Origin: Candidatus Omnitrophota bacterium
GTDB taxonomy: Bacteria > Omnitrophota > Gorgyraeia > Zapsychrales > Fredricksoniimonadaceae
Assembly: GCA_903901225.1 (NCBI GenBank)
Contig: CAIUQE010000037.1
Coordinates: 106,580-170,579 of the forward strand
Length of the DNA: 64,000 bases
Reading direction: 5' to 3'
Every line of letters starts with the position of its first letter. Positions within the stretch are counted from its first letter, which is position 1. The notes below the pieces were generated by a model. The model saw only the letters and a program-made list of their open reading frames with translations. It was not told the origin of the DNA and searched no databases. Made by a program: the position numbers and the translations under genes. Below are positions 1 to 10,123 of this stretch, in pieces.

Positions 1-580
1 GATAAACGGCACCTTCATACTGCCCGGCATTGTAATCGCATTCGCCCAGCTTGAAGGCCGCGTCCTCCGCAAGATTATTGGATGGGAATTTTTCGATCAG
101 TTCCTGAAATGTTTTCTTGGCCGTGTCATAATCGCCTTTCTGGAAATAGCTCCAGGCGAGAGAATAATAAGCCTGCGAAGCGTAAAGTGATGAAGCGAAA
201 CCTTCGATCACCTGGCGGTACTGTTCCTGGGCCTTGACAACATCGCCGCCCTTAAGATAAGTCTCCCCCAGCCAGAACAAGGAAGCGTCCTTATATTCCC
301 CGCGGGCAACAAGGTCCTTGAACACCGCAAAAGCTTTCACGTACTCTTTCTTGAAAAAGTAACTCTGCCCCTCGAGAAGCCGGGCCTCGACGAGTTTTGT
401 CGTTGAGGGGAATTCGGTCAGGAGTTGCGTGACATACCGGAGGCACACGTCGTAAAAACCATCCTCAAACGCGCGCTGCGCCACCACAAAAAGTTCTTTT
501 TCATTCGATGCTGAAAAAGAAACCGATGGCAGGGAAAAGGAGACCAGGAAGATTAAAAATATCGGGAATATGATTTTCAT
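1..580 (-). CDS. Tetratricopeptide-repeat exported protein (BamD/CpoB-like repeats), runs off the window edge
   Basis: Manual translation from ATG at 580: MKIIFPIFLIFLVSFSLPSVSFSASNEKELFVVAQRAFEDGFY... Signal-peptide-like N-terminus and repeated TPR helices (SLFWLGETYLKGGD, AYYSLAWSYFQKGDY, AAFKLGECDYNAGQY). Not in the ORF track because it is open at the edge. Confidence 0.8.
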   Translation of the reverse strand, partial: MKIIFPIFLIFLVSFSLPSVSFSASNEKELFVVAQRAFEDGFYDVCLRYVTQLLTEFPSTTKLVEARLLEGQSYFFKKEYVKAFAVFKDLVARGEYKDASLFWLGETYLKGGDVVKAQEQYRQVIEGFASSLYASQAYYSLAWSYFQKGDYDTAKKTFQELIEKFPSNNLAEDAAFKLGECDYNAGQYEGAVY

Positions 581-631
581 GACGATAGCATTTTAACAAA
601 AAAAAACTTTAAATGAAGAAAGAAGCGGAAT

Positions 632-3418
632 TTATCGTTTCAGGAAATGGCTCAGGTATTGGCCGGTGTAAGACGCGGGCTGAAGGGAAAGTTGTTCCGG
701 TGTCCCGGCAAACATCAACCGCCCTCCCGCGCCGCCTCCTTCAGGGCCGAGGTCGATGACATGATCCGCGGATTTGACCACCTCAAGGTTGTGCTCGATA
801 ACAAGGACCGTATTGCCCTTGTCAACAAGCCGCTGGAGGACTGATAATAACTTTTCGACATCCGCGAAATGCAAGCCCGTCGTCGGCTCATCAAGGATGT
901 AAAAAGTGCGGCCTGTCGCCGGCTTGCAAAGCTCCGCCGCCAGCTTGACCCTCTGGGCCTCCCCACCGGAAAGAGTGGTCGCGGACTGGCCCAGTTTGAT
1001 GTAACCAAGTCCAACGTCATTCAATACCTCAAAAACACGCCGGGCACGGGGAATATTTCCAAAAAACTCAAGGGCATCGACAATGGACATGTCAAGGACA
1101 TCGCTGATATTACGGCCTTTATATTCAACCTGGAGGGTCTGCTCATTAAAACGACGTCCATGGCAGATCTCGCACTCCACATGGACATCCGGCAAAAAAT
1201 GCATTTCGATCTCCTTGATCCCGTCACCCTCGCACGCTTCACAGCGCCCCCCCTTAACATTAAAACTGAACCGCCCCGGCCCGTAACCGCGCAGCTTTGC
1301 CTCAGGCAACCTGGAAAAAAGCGTCCGTATGTCCGAAAAAACCCCCGTGTACGTGACCGGATTCGACCTGGGGGTCCGGCCGATAGGCGACTGGTCAACG
1401 ACAACCACCTTGTCAATGTGTTCGACCCCTTCGATCTTCTTGAAGGCCCCCGGCTTCTCGCGCGCGCCGTAGAGTTTTTGCGCCAGGACTTTGTGGAGCA
1501 CATCGTTGACCAGCGTTGATTTCCCGGATCCTGAGACCCCTGTGACACACGTGAACGTCCCGATCGGGAAATCCACGTCGATACCCTTCAAATTATGCTC
1601 GTTCACACCCTTCAAACTTATGAATTTTCCCTTAAAAGCCTTGCGGCGCTCCAGAGGCAAAGGGATCTTCAGGTCTCCGCTCAAATACCTGCCTGTCAAT
1701 GAGCCCTTGACCGACATGATCCCGGCCACAGGCCCCGCGTACATCACCTCACCGCCGAATTTCCCCGCGCCCGGGCCAAGATCGATCAGCCAGTCGGCAT
1801 TGCGGATCGTATCCTCATCATGCTCAACGACGATCAGCGTATTACCAAGGTCTCTCAAAGCATGCAAGCTCGCCAGAAGCCGTTCGTTATCTTTTTGATG
1901 CAGGCCAATGGATGGTTCATCAAGTACATACACCACGCCCACAAGGCCGGAACCCACCTGCGTGGCCAGGCGAATGCGCTCCGCTTCACCGCCGGAAAGG
2001 GTCGCGCTTCGGCGGTCAAGGGTCAAATAGTCCAGCCCGACATTAACGCAAAAATCCAGGCGCCGCGCGATCTCTTTCAGGACAGGTTCCGCAATGGCAA
2101 CCGCATCCCCCTGCAGTTGGAGCGTGGAAAAGAATTCTTTCGCCCCCTTGATGGAAAGTTTGACCACATCGGCAATATTTTTCCCGCCCACGAGGACCAT
2201 GAGCGAAGACTTTTTAAGCCGGTCTCCCCCGCAAAAAGGACATGGGGCTTCCGACATGAACCTGGATATCTCTTCTTTCAACCAGTCGCTGTCCGTCTCA
2301 CGAAAAAGCCTTTCCAGGTACCCTGTCACACCCTCAAACCGGCGGCCCCAGATAATGTCCTCCCCCCCGTACAAAATACGCCGTTTAAAATCTTTGGGGA
2401 GTTTGCTGTAGGGCAGGGTCACATCAATATCGTAAAGCCCTGCAAGTTCACGCATCACCGCGCGATAATACATCATGTACCCTCGCTGACCCTTGCGCCA
2501 GGGGACAATGGCGGCAACCCAGGGTTTTGAAGGATCCGCGACTAGAACGTCGATATCGATCTCCATCTTCGTCCCAATGCCGTTGCACTGCGGGCAGGCG
2601 CCATAAGGCGAATTGAACGAAAAAGTCCTCGGTTCAAGTTCCGGAAGGTCGATCCCCTCCTCCGGCACGGAATAACTTTCGCTCAAGACAATATCTTCAT
2701 CCCCGTCAGAAAAAGCGATCACAACGGATCCCTTGCCCACCTTGAGGGCTGTTTCTACTGAATCCGTCAAACGAAGCTTAATATCGGATTTGACGCTCAA
2801 ACGGTCAACCAAGATCTCTACAGAATGGACCTTGTAGCGGTCAAGCTTGATCTTTTCACTGGCATCGTATATTTTGCCATCAACGCGAAGGCGGGCAAAC
2901 CCGGCCTTGGCCACATCCTGGCCAATATGAGGGTAGGTCCCTTTCTTCCCTTTGACAAAAGGCGCGAGGACAAGCACTTTTGTGCCCACCGGCAAACGCA
3001 ATATCCGCTCGACCATTTCCTGGGCAGACTGCTTCTCCAGCTTCTGGCCTTTATAATAGGGAACCCCCACCCGGGCGAACAAAAGGCGCAGATAGTCATA
3101 GATCTCCGTCTGGGTCGCGACGGTGGATCGCGGGTTACGGCTGATGGTCTTCTGTTCGATGGAAATGGTGGGGCTCAAACCGTCGATGGATTCAACATCG
3201 GGCTTCTGCACTTGCCCCAGGAACTGGCGGGCGTAGGCCGAGAGGCTTTCAACGTAACGCCGCTGGCCTTCCGCGTAGATCGTATCGAACGCGAGCGATG
3301 ATTTTCCGGAACCGCTCAAGCCCGTCACAACGATGAAAGCATCCCGCGGCAGATCCAGCGAAATGTTCTTGAGATTATGCTCCCGCGCGTTCTTGATGAC
3401 AATATGGTTCAGCGACAT
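632..3418 (-). CDS. uvrA: Excinuclease ABC subunit A
   Basis: Two ABC ATPase modules ([18 protein letters not shown]), two LSGGEA signatures, zinc fingers CPQC and CEAC/CEIC. Start placed at [18 protein letters not shown]. Confidence 0.98.
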   Translation of the reverse strand: MSLNHIVIKNAREHNLKNISLDLPRDAFIVVTGLSGSGKSSLAFDTIYAEGQRRYVESLSAYARQFLGQVQKPDVESIDGLSPTISIEQKTISRNPRSTVATQTEIYDYLRLLFARVGVPYYKGQKLEKQSAQEMVERILRLPVGTKVLVLAPFVKGKKGTYPHIGQDVAKAGFARLRVDGKIYDASEKIKLDRYKVHSVEILVDRLSVKSDIKLRLTDSVETALKVGKGSVVIAFSDGDEDIVLSESYSVPEEGIDLPELEPRTFSFNSPYGACPQCNGIGTKMEIDIDVLVADPSKPWVAAIVPWRKGQRGYMMYYRAVMRELAGLYDIDVTLPYSKLPKDFKRRILYGGEDIIWGRRFEGVTGYLERLFRETDSDWLKEEISRFMSEAPCPFCGGDRLKKSSLMVLVGGKNIADVVKLSIKGAKEFFSTLQLQGDAVAIAEPVLKEIARRLDFCVNVGLDYLTLDRRSATLSGGEAERIRLATQVGSGLVGVVYVLDEPSIGLHQKDNERLLASLHALRDLGNTLIVVEHDEDTIRNADWLIDLGPGAGKFGGEVMYAGPVAGIMSVKGSLTGRYLSGDLKIPLPLERRKAFKGKFISLKGVNEHNLKGIDVDFPIGTFTCVTGVSGSGKSTLVNDVLHKVLAQKLYGAREKPGAFKKIEGVEHIDKVVVVDQSPIGRTPRSNPVTYTGVFSDIRTLFSRLPEAKLRGYGPGRFSFNVKGGRCEACEGDGIKEIEMHFLPDVHVECEICHGRRFNEQTLQVEYKGRNISDVLDMSIVDALEFFGNIPRARRVFEVLNDVGLGYIKLGQSATTLSGGEAQRVKLAAELCKPATGRTFYILDEPTTGLHFADVEKLLSVLQRLVDKGNTVLVIEHNLEVVKSADHVIDLGPEGGGAGGRLMFAGTPEQLSLQPASYTGQYLSHFLKR

Positions 3419-3597
3419 AAGATTTACGGCCCCATTACCCTTGTTCAAAGTGCGCGACAACCCGCGGGCGGGTAAAATACCAGATTCCGCAGGCCGCGAA
3501 CACCCCATCTATGGCCCAACGGCACAGCACGTTGATCCATGTGAACATTTCAAGGGATACCATTGACGTCAGCGTCCCGTGAAAAAAATGTTTCGCG

Positions 3598-3819
3598 CTA
3601 CAATAAAAAGATGAATATGAATGCCGCCCCTATCCCGCACGCAAGCCCGGTCATCCTTAACAAATACGATATGCCATAACGGATGAACAGCAAACTGTCG
3701 GGAACACCGGGATTGACCTCCTTGTAATTTGTAATATGTGGTATGTAATATATCTGCCCGACGGAAGTCAAGACAAGCGTGATCCCGAAAATTATGGCAC
3801 CCAAAGGACCCTTTCTCAC
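3598..3819 (-). CDS. Small two-helix membrane protein, hypothetical
   Basis: 73 aa with two hydrophobic segments; GTG start preceded by AGGAGG. Confidence 0.55.
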   Translation of the reverse strand: MRKGPLGAIIFGITLVLTSVGQIYYIPHITNYKEVNPGVPDSLLFIRYGISYLLRMTGLACGIGAAFIFIFLL

Positions 3820-3873
3820 CCGCGCCGCCTCCTGTTAATGGGCTTTCATGATCACCCTGCCCGGAATAGACAG

Positions 3874-3906
3874 CAACCCCTGCCGTCATACTGACGGCAG
3901 GGGTTG
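3874..3906 (-). terminator. Perfect 15-bp hairpin downstream of the basic repeat protein gene
   Basis: caacccctgccgtca-tac-tgacggcaggggttg; the U-tract is weak. Confidence 0.6.
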
Positions 3907-3929
3907 TGCCTTAGATCAAAAAAAGAAGA

Positions 3930-4172
3930 TCACTTCTTCTTTTTCTTTTTACCGCCCTTCACCATCGCGGCGCTGGAAATATCACCCTGCTTATCAATGA
4001 AGTAAAGGAAACCCTTTTCCTTCTTGATACCGACCTTGGCGACCTTCTTGGGCTTGCCGCCCTTCTTGTCACCACGGGCCATTGCCGCGCTTGAAACGTC
4101 GCCCTGTTTGTCAATGAAGTACAGGAAACCCTTTTCCTTCTTGACGCCCACCTTAGCAACCTTCTTGGCCAT
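3930..4172 (-). CDS. Small lysine-rich protein with two 39-aa tandem repeats (candidate nucleic-acid-binding protein)
   Basis: 80 aa, 24 Lys; repeat KKVAKVG[VI]KKEKGFLYFIDKQGD[VI]SSAAM; RBS GAAAGGGGG; followed by its own hairpin. Confidence 0.8.
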   Translation of the reverse strand: MAKKVAKVGVKKEKGFLYFIDKQGDVSSAAMARGDKKGGKPKKVAKVGIKKEKGFLYFIDKQGDISSAAMVKGGKKKKKK

Positions 4173-4311
4173 TCTCATTCACCCCCTTTCACATGATATC
4201 CGGTTTAATGTACGTTTTCTTAATGGTCGACGGGATGCCCGCCATCCCCGATAACACTCACCAGGTCACTGCCCGGCGGAGCAATAAAGTTTCACCCGAC
4301 ATGAATACCCA

Positions 4312-5139
4312 CTAGGTCCCGATCTTGATATTTGTCGCCATGCTCTGAAGCGCGCGAATGCCTGACAAGACCGCAAGATAGCTGGTCTTGGGATTATCCG
4401 GACAAACAGTGTTTTCGGTCTTGGTCGTGATACGCCCGAATTCACCCTCGAGAACAACTTCATGGGTGTTGCGAATGACCTCCGGCGAAGCAATGATGCG
4501 CACGCGAAGTTTGACACCCGGACCAGCGGCCAGCGCGACGGTCGCCGCGACATTGATGTTTTGCGGAAAAAGGCGGACAGCATCCTTGACGTCACCCTCG
4601 AAAAGAACAACGTCACGGGCAATATCCTTAAGATGTATGCCTTTTTCCCTAATATAAGGGTTGTCACTGAATCCGGCGGGAGGCTTGCGGGTCGTCAATG
4701 TGATGGAGGTGATACCAAGAAGGGCCGCCGCCTTGATCGCGTCAAGCCCGGCCACGGCGCCCGAAGGAAGGATCAGCTGGCCTTTGGAACGGCGCGCCAG
4801 GTCAAAAAGGGTGCCGTCGCTCAGAAGTCTTCCGATGCTCATGGCCATGACACTTTTGCCCGCGTTAAGGGCCGCGCGGACAATATCGACAGTGGCTTGC
4901 GTGTTGACCGCCTCAATGACGATATCGGAACGGCGGATGAGGTCATCTATATCTTTGGCCGCGCCGCCACGGACATTGAGCCGCTCGGCAAGTGCCCCGA
5001 CCTTGGCCTGGTCGATATCGTAGAGGGCAACCACCTCAAACGCGCCTTTGAGCTCTTTCATCACACTGCGCGCGATCCTTGAGCCGATCGCCCCGCAACC
5101 GATGATCCCCAGTTTTAATTTCGTATTTCTAGATGTCAT
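4312..5139 (-). CDS. nadX: L-aspartate dehydrogenase (NAD biosynthesis)
   Basis: GIIGCGAIG Rossmann motif, SGAVAGLD, FPQNINVAA, NPKTSYLA. Confidence 0.93.
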   Translation of the reverse strand: MTSRNTKLKLGIIGCGAIGSRIARSVMKELKGAFEVVALYDIDQAKVGALAERLNVRGGAAKDIDDLIRRSDIVIEAVNTQATVDIVRAALNAGKSVMAMSIGRLLSDGTLFDLARRSKGQLILPSGAVAGLDAIKAAALLGITSITLTTRKPPAGFSDNPYIREKGIHLKDIARDVVLFEGDVKDAVRLFPQNINVAATVALAAGPGVKLRVRIIASPEVIRNTHEVVLEGEFGRITTKTENTVCPDNPKTSYLAVLSGIRALQSMATNIKIGT

Positions 5140-5984
5140 TACGTGGTGACTATAATGTTATCTATCAGCCTGGTGGTGCCGAACCTGGCCGCAACCGCTA
5201 TCAACACCCGCCCTTCTATCCGACGGGCAACACGAAGATCATGAAGCGTTACGCACGAAACATATTCAATGCTAGCACCGGCACCGACGGAAATCAACTT
5301 TTTTATTGCGGAATTTATTCTTGCCGTCCGACGCTCACCGGCGATGACCATTTTCCTGGCATGGCAAAGGGCCCTGTAGATCGACGGAGCCGCGGCCCTA
5401 TCACCGGCGGAAAGGTATGTGTTGCGGGAGCTCATGGCCAGGCCGTCTTTTTCGCGGACCGTCGGGCAGACTTTCAGCCCCGTCGCGAGGTCAAGGTCTT
5501 TCATCATGCGCCGGATGATCTCGACCTGCTGGGCATCTTTCTGCCCCAGGTACATCACATCCGGCTGGACGATATTCAATAATTTGGCCACCACGGTGGC
5601 AACCCCGCTGAAATGGCCGGGCCGCGACGCCCCGCAAAGGCCATCCCCGATCTTCTTCACGTCGATATGCGTCAGAAACCCCGCGGGGTACATTTCATCC
5701 ACGGACGGGACGAAAAATAGCTCGACCCCGGCCGCGGATGCCATCTTCCTGTCGCGGTCAATGTCACGCGGATACCTTCCAAGATCTTCTGCCGGACCGA
5801 ATTGGATAGGATTCACGAACAAACTGACCACAGTGGCATGATGGTCCTTCACGGAGCGCTCCATCAATGACACATGGCCCGCGTGAAAATACCCCATCGT
5901 CGGGACAAAACCGATCGTCCTGCCGCGCGCGCGCAACCGGACCAATTCATGCCTGAGAGCCTTGATCGTTCTCACCAGTTTCAT
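5139..5984 (-). CDS. panC: Pantoate--beta-alanine ligase
   Basis: FVPTMGYFHAGH, FVNPIQF, GQKDAQQ, GLAMSSRN, TRLIDN. Confidence 0.97.
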   Translation of the reverse strand: MKLVRTIKALRHELVRLRARGRTIGFVPTMGYFHAGHVSLMERSVKDHHATVVSLFVNPIQFGPAEDLGRYPRDIDRDRKMASAAGVELFFVPSVDEMYPAGFLTHIDVKKIGDGLCGASRPGHFSGVATVVAKLLNIVQPDVMYLGQKDAQQVEIIRRMMKDLDLATGLKVCPTVREKDGLAMSSRNTYLSAGDRAAAPSIYRALCHARKMVIAGERRTARINSAIKKLISVGAGASIEYVSCVTLHDLRVARRIEGRVLIAVAARFGTTRLIDNIIVTT

Positions 5985-5994
5985 CGCGACTCCT

Positions 5995-6396
5995 TCAATA
6001 TCCTCTTACTTCACGCAACGGGGCCATAACGAACTCCCTCTCCTTCATCCTTGGATGAGGGATACAAAGTTCCGGGATTTCAAGCGAGACACCCTCATAA
6101 AGGAGGATATCGATATCAATGGTCCGCGGGCCATCCTTAACAGCGCGAACCCTGCCAAGATCTGACTCAACCTGTTGGATCACTTTCAAAAGCTCCTGCG
6201 GGCCAAGCAACGTTTCAGCTCGAAGCACGGCATTAAGAAAAAGCCCCTGGGGAGGTCCTCCGACAGGGGCAGTTTCAATGATCGTCGATAATTTAAGCTC
6301 GCTGATGCCGTATCCCGACAAAAAACGCACGGCATCATGGATGTTCTGTTCACGGTCACCAAGGTTCGATCCTAAACCAAGATAAATGACGGGCAA
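5995..6396 (-). CDS. folK: 2-amino-4-hydroxy-6-hydroxymethyldihydropteridine diphosphokinase
   Basis: YLGLGSNLGDR, FLNAV, GPRTIDIDIL, IPHPRM. Confidence 0.96.
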   Translation of the reverse strand: MPVIYLGLGSNLGDREQNIHDAVRFLSGYGISELKLSTIIETAPVGGPPQGLFLNAVLRAETLLGPQELLKVIQQVESDLGRVRAVKDGPRTIDIDILLYEGVSLEIPELCIPHPRMKEREFVMAPLREVRGY

Positions 6397-6411
6397 CAGC
6401 CCCCCCGGTTC

Positions 6412-7581
6412 TTAGGCCAATACTTTGCTCATCCGCTGGACCGCCTCATGGATGCGCTCGACGGGTACCGTGAGGGCCATGCGCACATACCCTTCACCGC
6501 ACTTGCCGAAACCGACTCCGGGCGTCACAACGATATCCGCCTGATCCAGGAAAGCTTTCGCGCAGGCCATCGAATCAGGAAATTTCGACGGTATTTTGGC
6601 CCAGACATAGTAGGCCCCTTTGGGCGGGTCGATCTTCCAGCCCAACGAACGGCAACCATTGATCAAGGCGTCCCGGCGCTCCTGGTAACAGGTCCTCATA
6701 TCCTCAATTTCAGCGGTATCCATCTGAAGCGCGGCAATGCCCGCGTGCTGGATGGCATTGAAAACCCCTGAATCCACATTGGACTTCACTTTCGCCAATG
6801 CCGCCACAAGCTGAGGATTACCGCAGGCCCAGCCCAACCGCCAGCCTGTCATGAAATACGTCTTGGAGAATGAATGGAATTCAATGGCGATATCTTTGGC
6901 CCCCGGGATCTCAAGGATGCTCGAAGGCTTGAGCCCGTCGAAATAAACTTCCGAATAGGCAAGATCTGAAACAATGATGATATTTTTTTGGGTGCACACC
7001 CGGACCAGTTCGGTATAAAACTCTTTGGTGGCCACGGCAGCCGTCGGATTGTTCGGGTAACAAACAATGATGGCCTTCGGGTCCTTGGATGCTTCGATAT
7101 CGGTTATCTTGGGAAGAAAATCATTCGACGCCTTGAGCGGCAAATACTGGATCTTCCCGCCGGCGAACGCAACCGCCGCCTGGTAAGCGGGATACGCGGG
7201 ATCACCCAGCAAAACCTTGTCGCCGGGATTGATCACCGCCAGAGGAAAGTGAGCGAGGCCTTCTTTGGAACCAATGAGCGGATAAACTTCACTCGCCGGA
7301 TCAAGCGGGACATTAAAACGCCGCAAAAACCATCGGGCGATCTCAACCCGTAATTGCGGCACGCCCGCGTCGAACGGATAATGATGGTTAGCCCCGTCAT
7401 CAACAGCCTTTTTCATCGCCTCAACGATCGGCTTATGCGTGACCTGGTCCGGATCACCGATCCCCAGGCTGATCACATCGCGGCCTTCCGCGATAGCCGC
7501 CCGTCGGGCTTTGTCAATTTCCACGAATAAATACGGAGGCAACTGTTTGAGACGCTCGGAAACCTCAAAATTTAAAGGCAT
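6412..7581 (-). CDS. dapL: LL-diaminopimelate aminotransferase
   Basis: LPPYLF, LGIGDPD, LIGSKEG, EFHSFSKTYFMTGWRLG PLP-lysine motif; sits directly after dapF-dapA-dapB. Confidence 0.88.
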   Translation of the reverse strand: MPLNFEVSERLKQLPPYLFVEIDKARRAAIAEGRDVISLGIGDPDQVTHKPIVEAMKKAVDDGANHHYPFDAGVPQLRVEIARWFLRRFNVPLDPASEVYPLIGSKEGLAHFPLAVINPGDKVLLGDPAYPAYQAAVAFAGGKIQYLPLKASNDFLPKITDIEASKDPKAIIVCYPNNPTAAVATKEFYTELVRVCTQKNIIIVSDLAYSEVYFDGLKPSSILEIPGAKDIAIEFHSFSKTYFMTGWRLGWACGNPQLVAALAKVKSNVDSGVFNAIQHAGIAALQMDTAEIEDMRTCYQERRDALINGCRSLGWKIDPPKGAYYVWAKIPSKFPDSMACAKAFLDQADIVVTPGVGFGKCGEGYVRMALTVPVERIHEAVQRMSKVLA

Positions 7582-7588
7582 AAAACTC

Positions 7589-8305
7589 CTATATCAAACC
7601 CAGCACTTGCTGCATGTTGAATAATCCCTTATCCTTCTTTTTCAGGAATTTTGCGGCGACAAGGGCTCCCGCGACGAACATGTCACGGTCCTTGGCATTA
7701 TGGGAGATCTCGATGGTGTCGACCGGTCCTTCAAAAACCACCTTGTGGTACCCGACAACCTCCCCCTCCCGCAGGGACTCAATATCCGTTATCTTCTTCC
7801 CGGTCACACCTTCAACGACCTCGGCCATGGTCTTTGCCGTACCCGAAGGCGCGTCTTTTTTGTGCACATGATGGGTCTCGGTAATACCGACATCATACCC
7901 TTTAAGGACCGTCGCCATCTGTTTCAGGAGGCCAAAAACCAGGTTGACGCCCACCGACATATTGGTCGACTGGACGATCGCGATCTTCCGCGACGCCTTG
8001 GTGATCAATGAACGCTGTTCTTCAGAGAAACCCGTCGTTCCTATAACCGCCCGCACATTATGCTTCAAACAGGCCTTGAGCGCTTCGATAGACGGCCCCG
8101 GCAGTGTAAAATCGATCAGGACATCCGCGCCTTTGATGGCATTGATATCCCGCGACACCTTGACCCCTAACAATTGGGCCGGAACATCCGCGCGGTCGGG
8201 ACTTTCGATCAGCGCCGTGATCTTGAACGACTTGTCCCTTGAAGCAAGCAGGGCAATGCGCTGACCCATCCGTCCCTGGCAACCGGTGATCGCTAGTTTC
8301 ATCAT
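7589..8305 (-). CDS. dapB: 4-hydroxy-tetrahydrodipicolinate reductase
   Basis: GCQGRMG, VIGTTG, ETHHVHKKDAPSGTA. Confidence 0.96.
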   Translation of the reverse strand: MMKLAITGCQGRMGQRIALLASRDKSFKITALIESPDRADVPAQLLGVKVSRDINAIKGADVLIDFTLPGPSIEALKACLKHNVRAVIGTTGFSEEQRSLITKASRKIAIVQSTNMSVGVNLVFGLLKQMATVLKGYDVGITETHHVHKKDAPSGTAKTMAEVVEGVTGKKITDIESLREGEVVGYHKVVFEGPVDTIEISHNAKDRDMFVAGALVAAKFLKKKDKGLFNMQQVLGLI

Positions 8306-9189
8306 TCCGCCTTCTCGATAAGGTCAAATCCGACCAGAACTTTCTTCAGTTTTACAAGATTCTCAGGTTCAAGATCGCACAAGGGAAGCCTGACCTTCGG
8401 CGAACAAAGCCCCATCAGGCCACACGCTGTCTTGACAGGCGCGGGATTGGTCTCCAGGAACAGCGCCTTGATGATGGGCATAAGCTTGGCCTGTTTTTCT
8501 TCGGCCTCTTTCACTTTTCCCTTGAGCATCAGGTTCACGACTTCCGCCACCTCTTTGGGCATGATGTTAGCCAGGACAGAAATAACACCGGTCCCGCCGA
8601 GCTTCATGATCGGGATCGTCAAGGCATCATCACCGGAAAGGACATCAAAATCCTTGCCGCAAGCGGCTTTCACCGCCTTGGCCTGGTCGATATTACCCGA
8701 GGCTTCTTTCACGCCAACGATATTTTTGCAGTCCTTGGCCAGTTTCTTGACAGTTTCCGTTTCAATATTGCGGGCGCAACGGCCTTCAATGTTGTAAAGG
8801 ATAATGGGGATCTTGACGCTGTCAGCGACTGCCTTGAAATGAAGGTACAGTCCCTTCTGGGTCGGCTTGTTGTAATACGGCGTCACCACAAGCGCCGCGT
8901 CGACGCCGGATTCCTCCGCGTGCCTGATGAGGCGCACGGCTTCGGCCGTTGAATTCGACCCGGTCCCCGCGATGACCGGGACACGGTGGCGCACGGCATC
9001 CACGGTGATCTCAACGACCTTGTCGTGCTCTTCATGGGACAAAGTCGGCGACTCCCCCGTCGTACCGCACGGGACAATGCCTTTGGTGCCACTCTTGATC
9101 TGCCGCTCAACAAGCTCCGCGAGCTTCCATTCATCAACCCCGTGTTCCGTGAAAGGCGTTACCAGCGCGACAATGGATCCTTTGAACAT
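8302..9189 (-). CDS. dapA: 4-hydroxy-tetrahydrodipicolinate synthase
   Basis: GTTGESPTL, TPYYNKP, GVKEASG, LSGDD, ETNPAPVK. Confidence 0.97.
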   Translation of the reverse strand: MFKGSIVALVTPFTEHGVDEWKLAELVERQIKSGTKGIVPCGTTGESPTLSHEEHDKVVEITVDAVRHRVPVIAGTGSNSTAEAVRLIRHAEESGVDAALVVTPYYNKPTQKGLYLHFKAVADSVKIPIILYNIEGRCARNIETETVKKLAKDCKNIVGVKEASGNIDQAKAVKAACGKDFDVLSGDDALTIPIMKLGGTGVISVLANIMPKEVAEVVNLMLKGKVKEAEEKQAKLMPIIKALFLETNPAPVKTACGLMGLCSPKVRLPLCDLEPENLVKLKKVLVGFDLIEKAE

Positions 9190-9204
9190 TTTTTTCTCCT
9201 GTTG

Positions 9205-10041
9205 CTAAAGATAATACTCGCCTTTGCAAATGAGCTTCCCGCTCCCTTTCAACCAGACATTCGTCATCACCGGACGGTCCTTATCCACCACATCAAGGTC
9301 GAACGTCACATCCAGGACCTCTCCGCTTTTGGTCGCTACCCGCATCGCCGCGCCTTTTTGAGGCGTCAACTTTCCAGTGGAATGAAGATACCCGATAAGC
9401 GCTGAGGCGACACTGCCCGTGCCGCAGGCCAGCGTTTCAGCCTCGACACCGCGCTCATACGTGCGCACCGCGACAACACCCTCCCTGACCTTCTCTACAA
9501 AATTGACATTCGTCCCCTTGGGGGCGAACAGCGAATGCTGACGGATCAGACGGCCAAGTCCGTCCACATCCATCTCCTGAAGGCCCTGCACAAAAACGAC
9601 CACATGCGGCACGCCGGTATTGATAAAATGCCCCGTGAGCTTATGCCCGGCGGCCTTGATCTCAACTTCAGGACGATAATCCGCGGGATCGCTGAGCCTG
9701 ACAGCGGCAATATCCCCATGGACACTGGCCTGCAGGGTCCCCGCCTTGGTCTCGACCGTAAAAATTTCAGGAACAACCGCAAACTTGTTCGCCACGTAAA
9801 CAGCGAGGCAGCGGGCGCCGTTACCGCACATCTCCGCTTCAGACCCGTCAGCGTTAAATATACGCATGCGATGGTCGCACACGGTAGAGCTGCCAAGAAC
9901 GATCACGCCATCCGCGCCGATGCCCATATGCCGGTCACAGGCTTTCCGCGCAAGAACGGGATAATCAAGCTGGGGATCGTGGTCAATGACCACAAAATCA
10001 TTGCCCGCTCCCTGCATCTTTTGGAAAAGGATCTTCTTCAT
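9205..10041 (-). CDS. dapF: Diaminopimelate epimerase
   Basis: KMQGAGNDF, EMCGNGARC, NTGVPH, ERGVEAETLACGTG. Confidence 0.97.
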   Translation of the reverse strand: MKKILFQKMQGAGNDFVVIDHDPQLDYPVLARKACDRHMGIGADGVIVLGSSTVCDHRMRIFNADGSEAEMCGNGARCLAVYVANKFAVVPEIFTVETKAGTLQASVHGDIAAVRLSDPADYRPEVEIKAAGHKLTGHFINTGVPHVVVFVQGLQEMDVDGLGRLIRQHSLFAPKGTNVNFVEKVREGVVAVRTYERGVEAETLACGTGSVASALIGYLHSTGKLTPQKGAAMRVATKSGEVLDVTFDLDVVDKDRPVMTNVWLKGSGKLICKGEYYL

Positions 10042-10123
10042 AAGAAGGAATTATACACAAATCCGACGAAAAAACCAATGGGTCAGAAAATAAAAGATGC
10101 CTGCCCGGAATGGCCGCAGCGCT

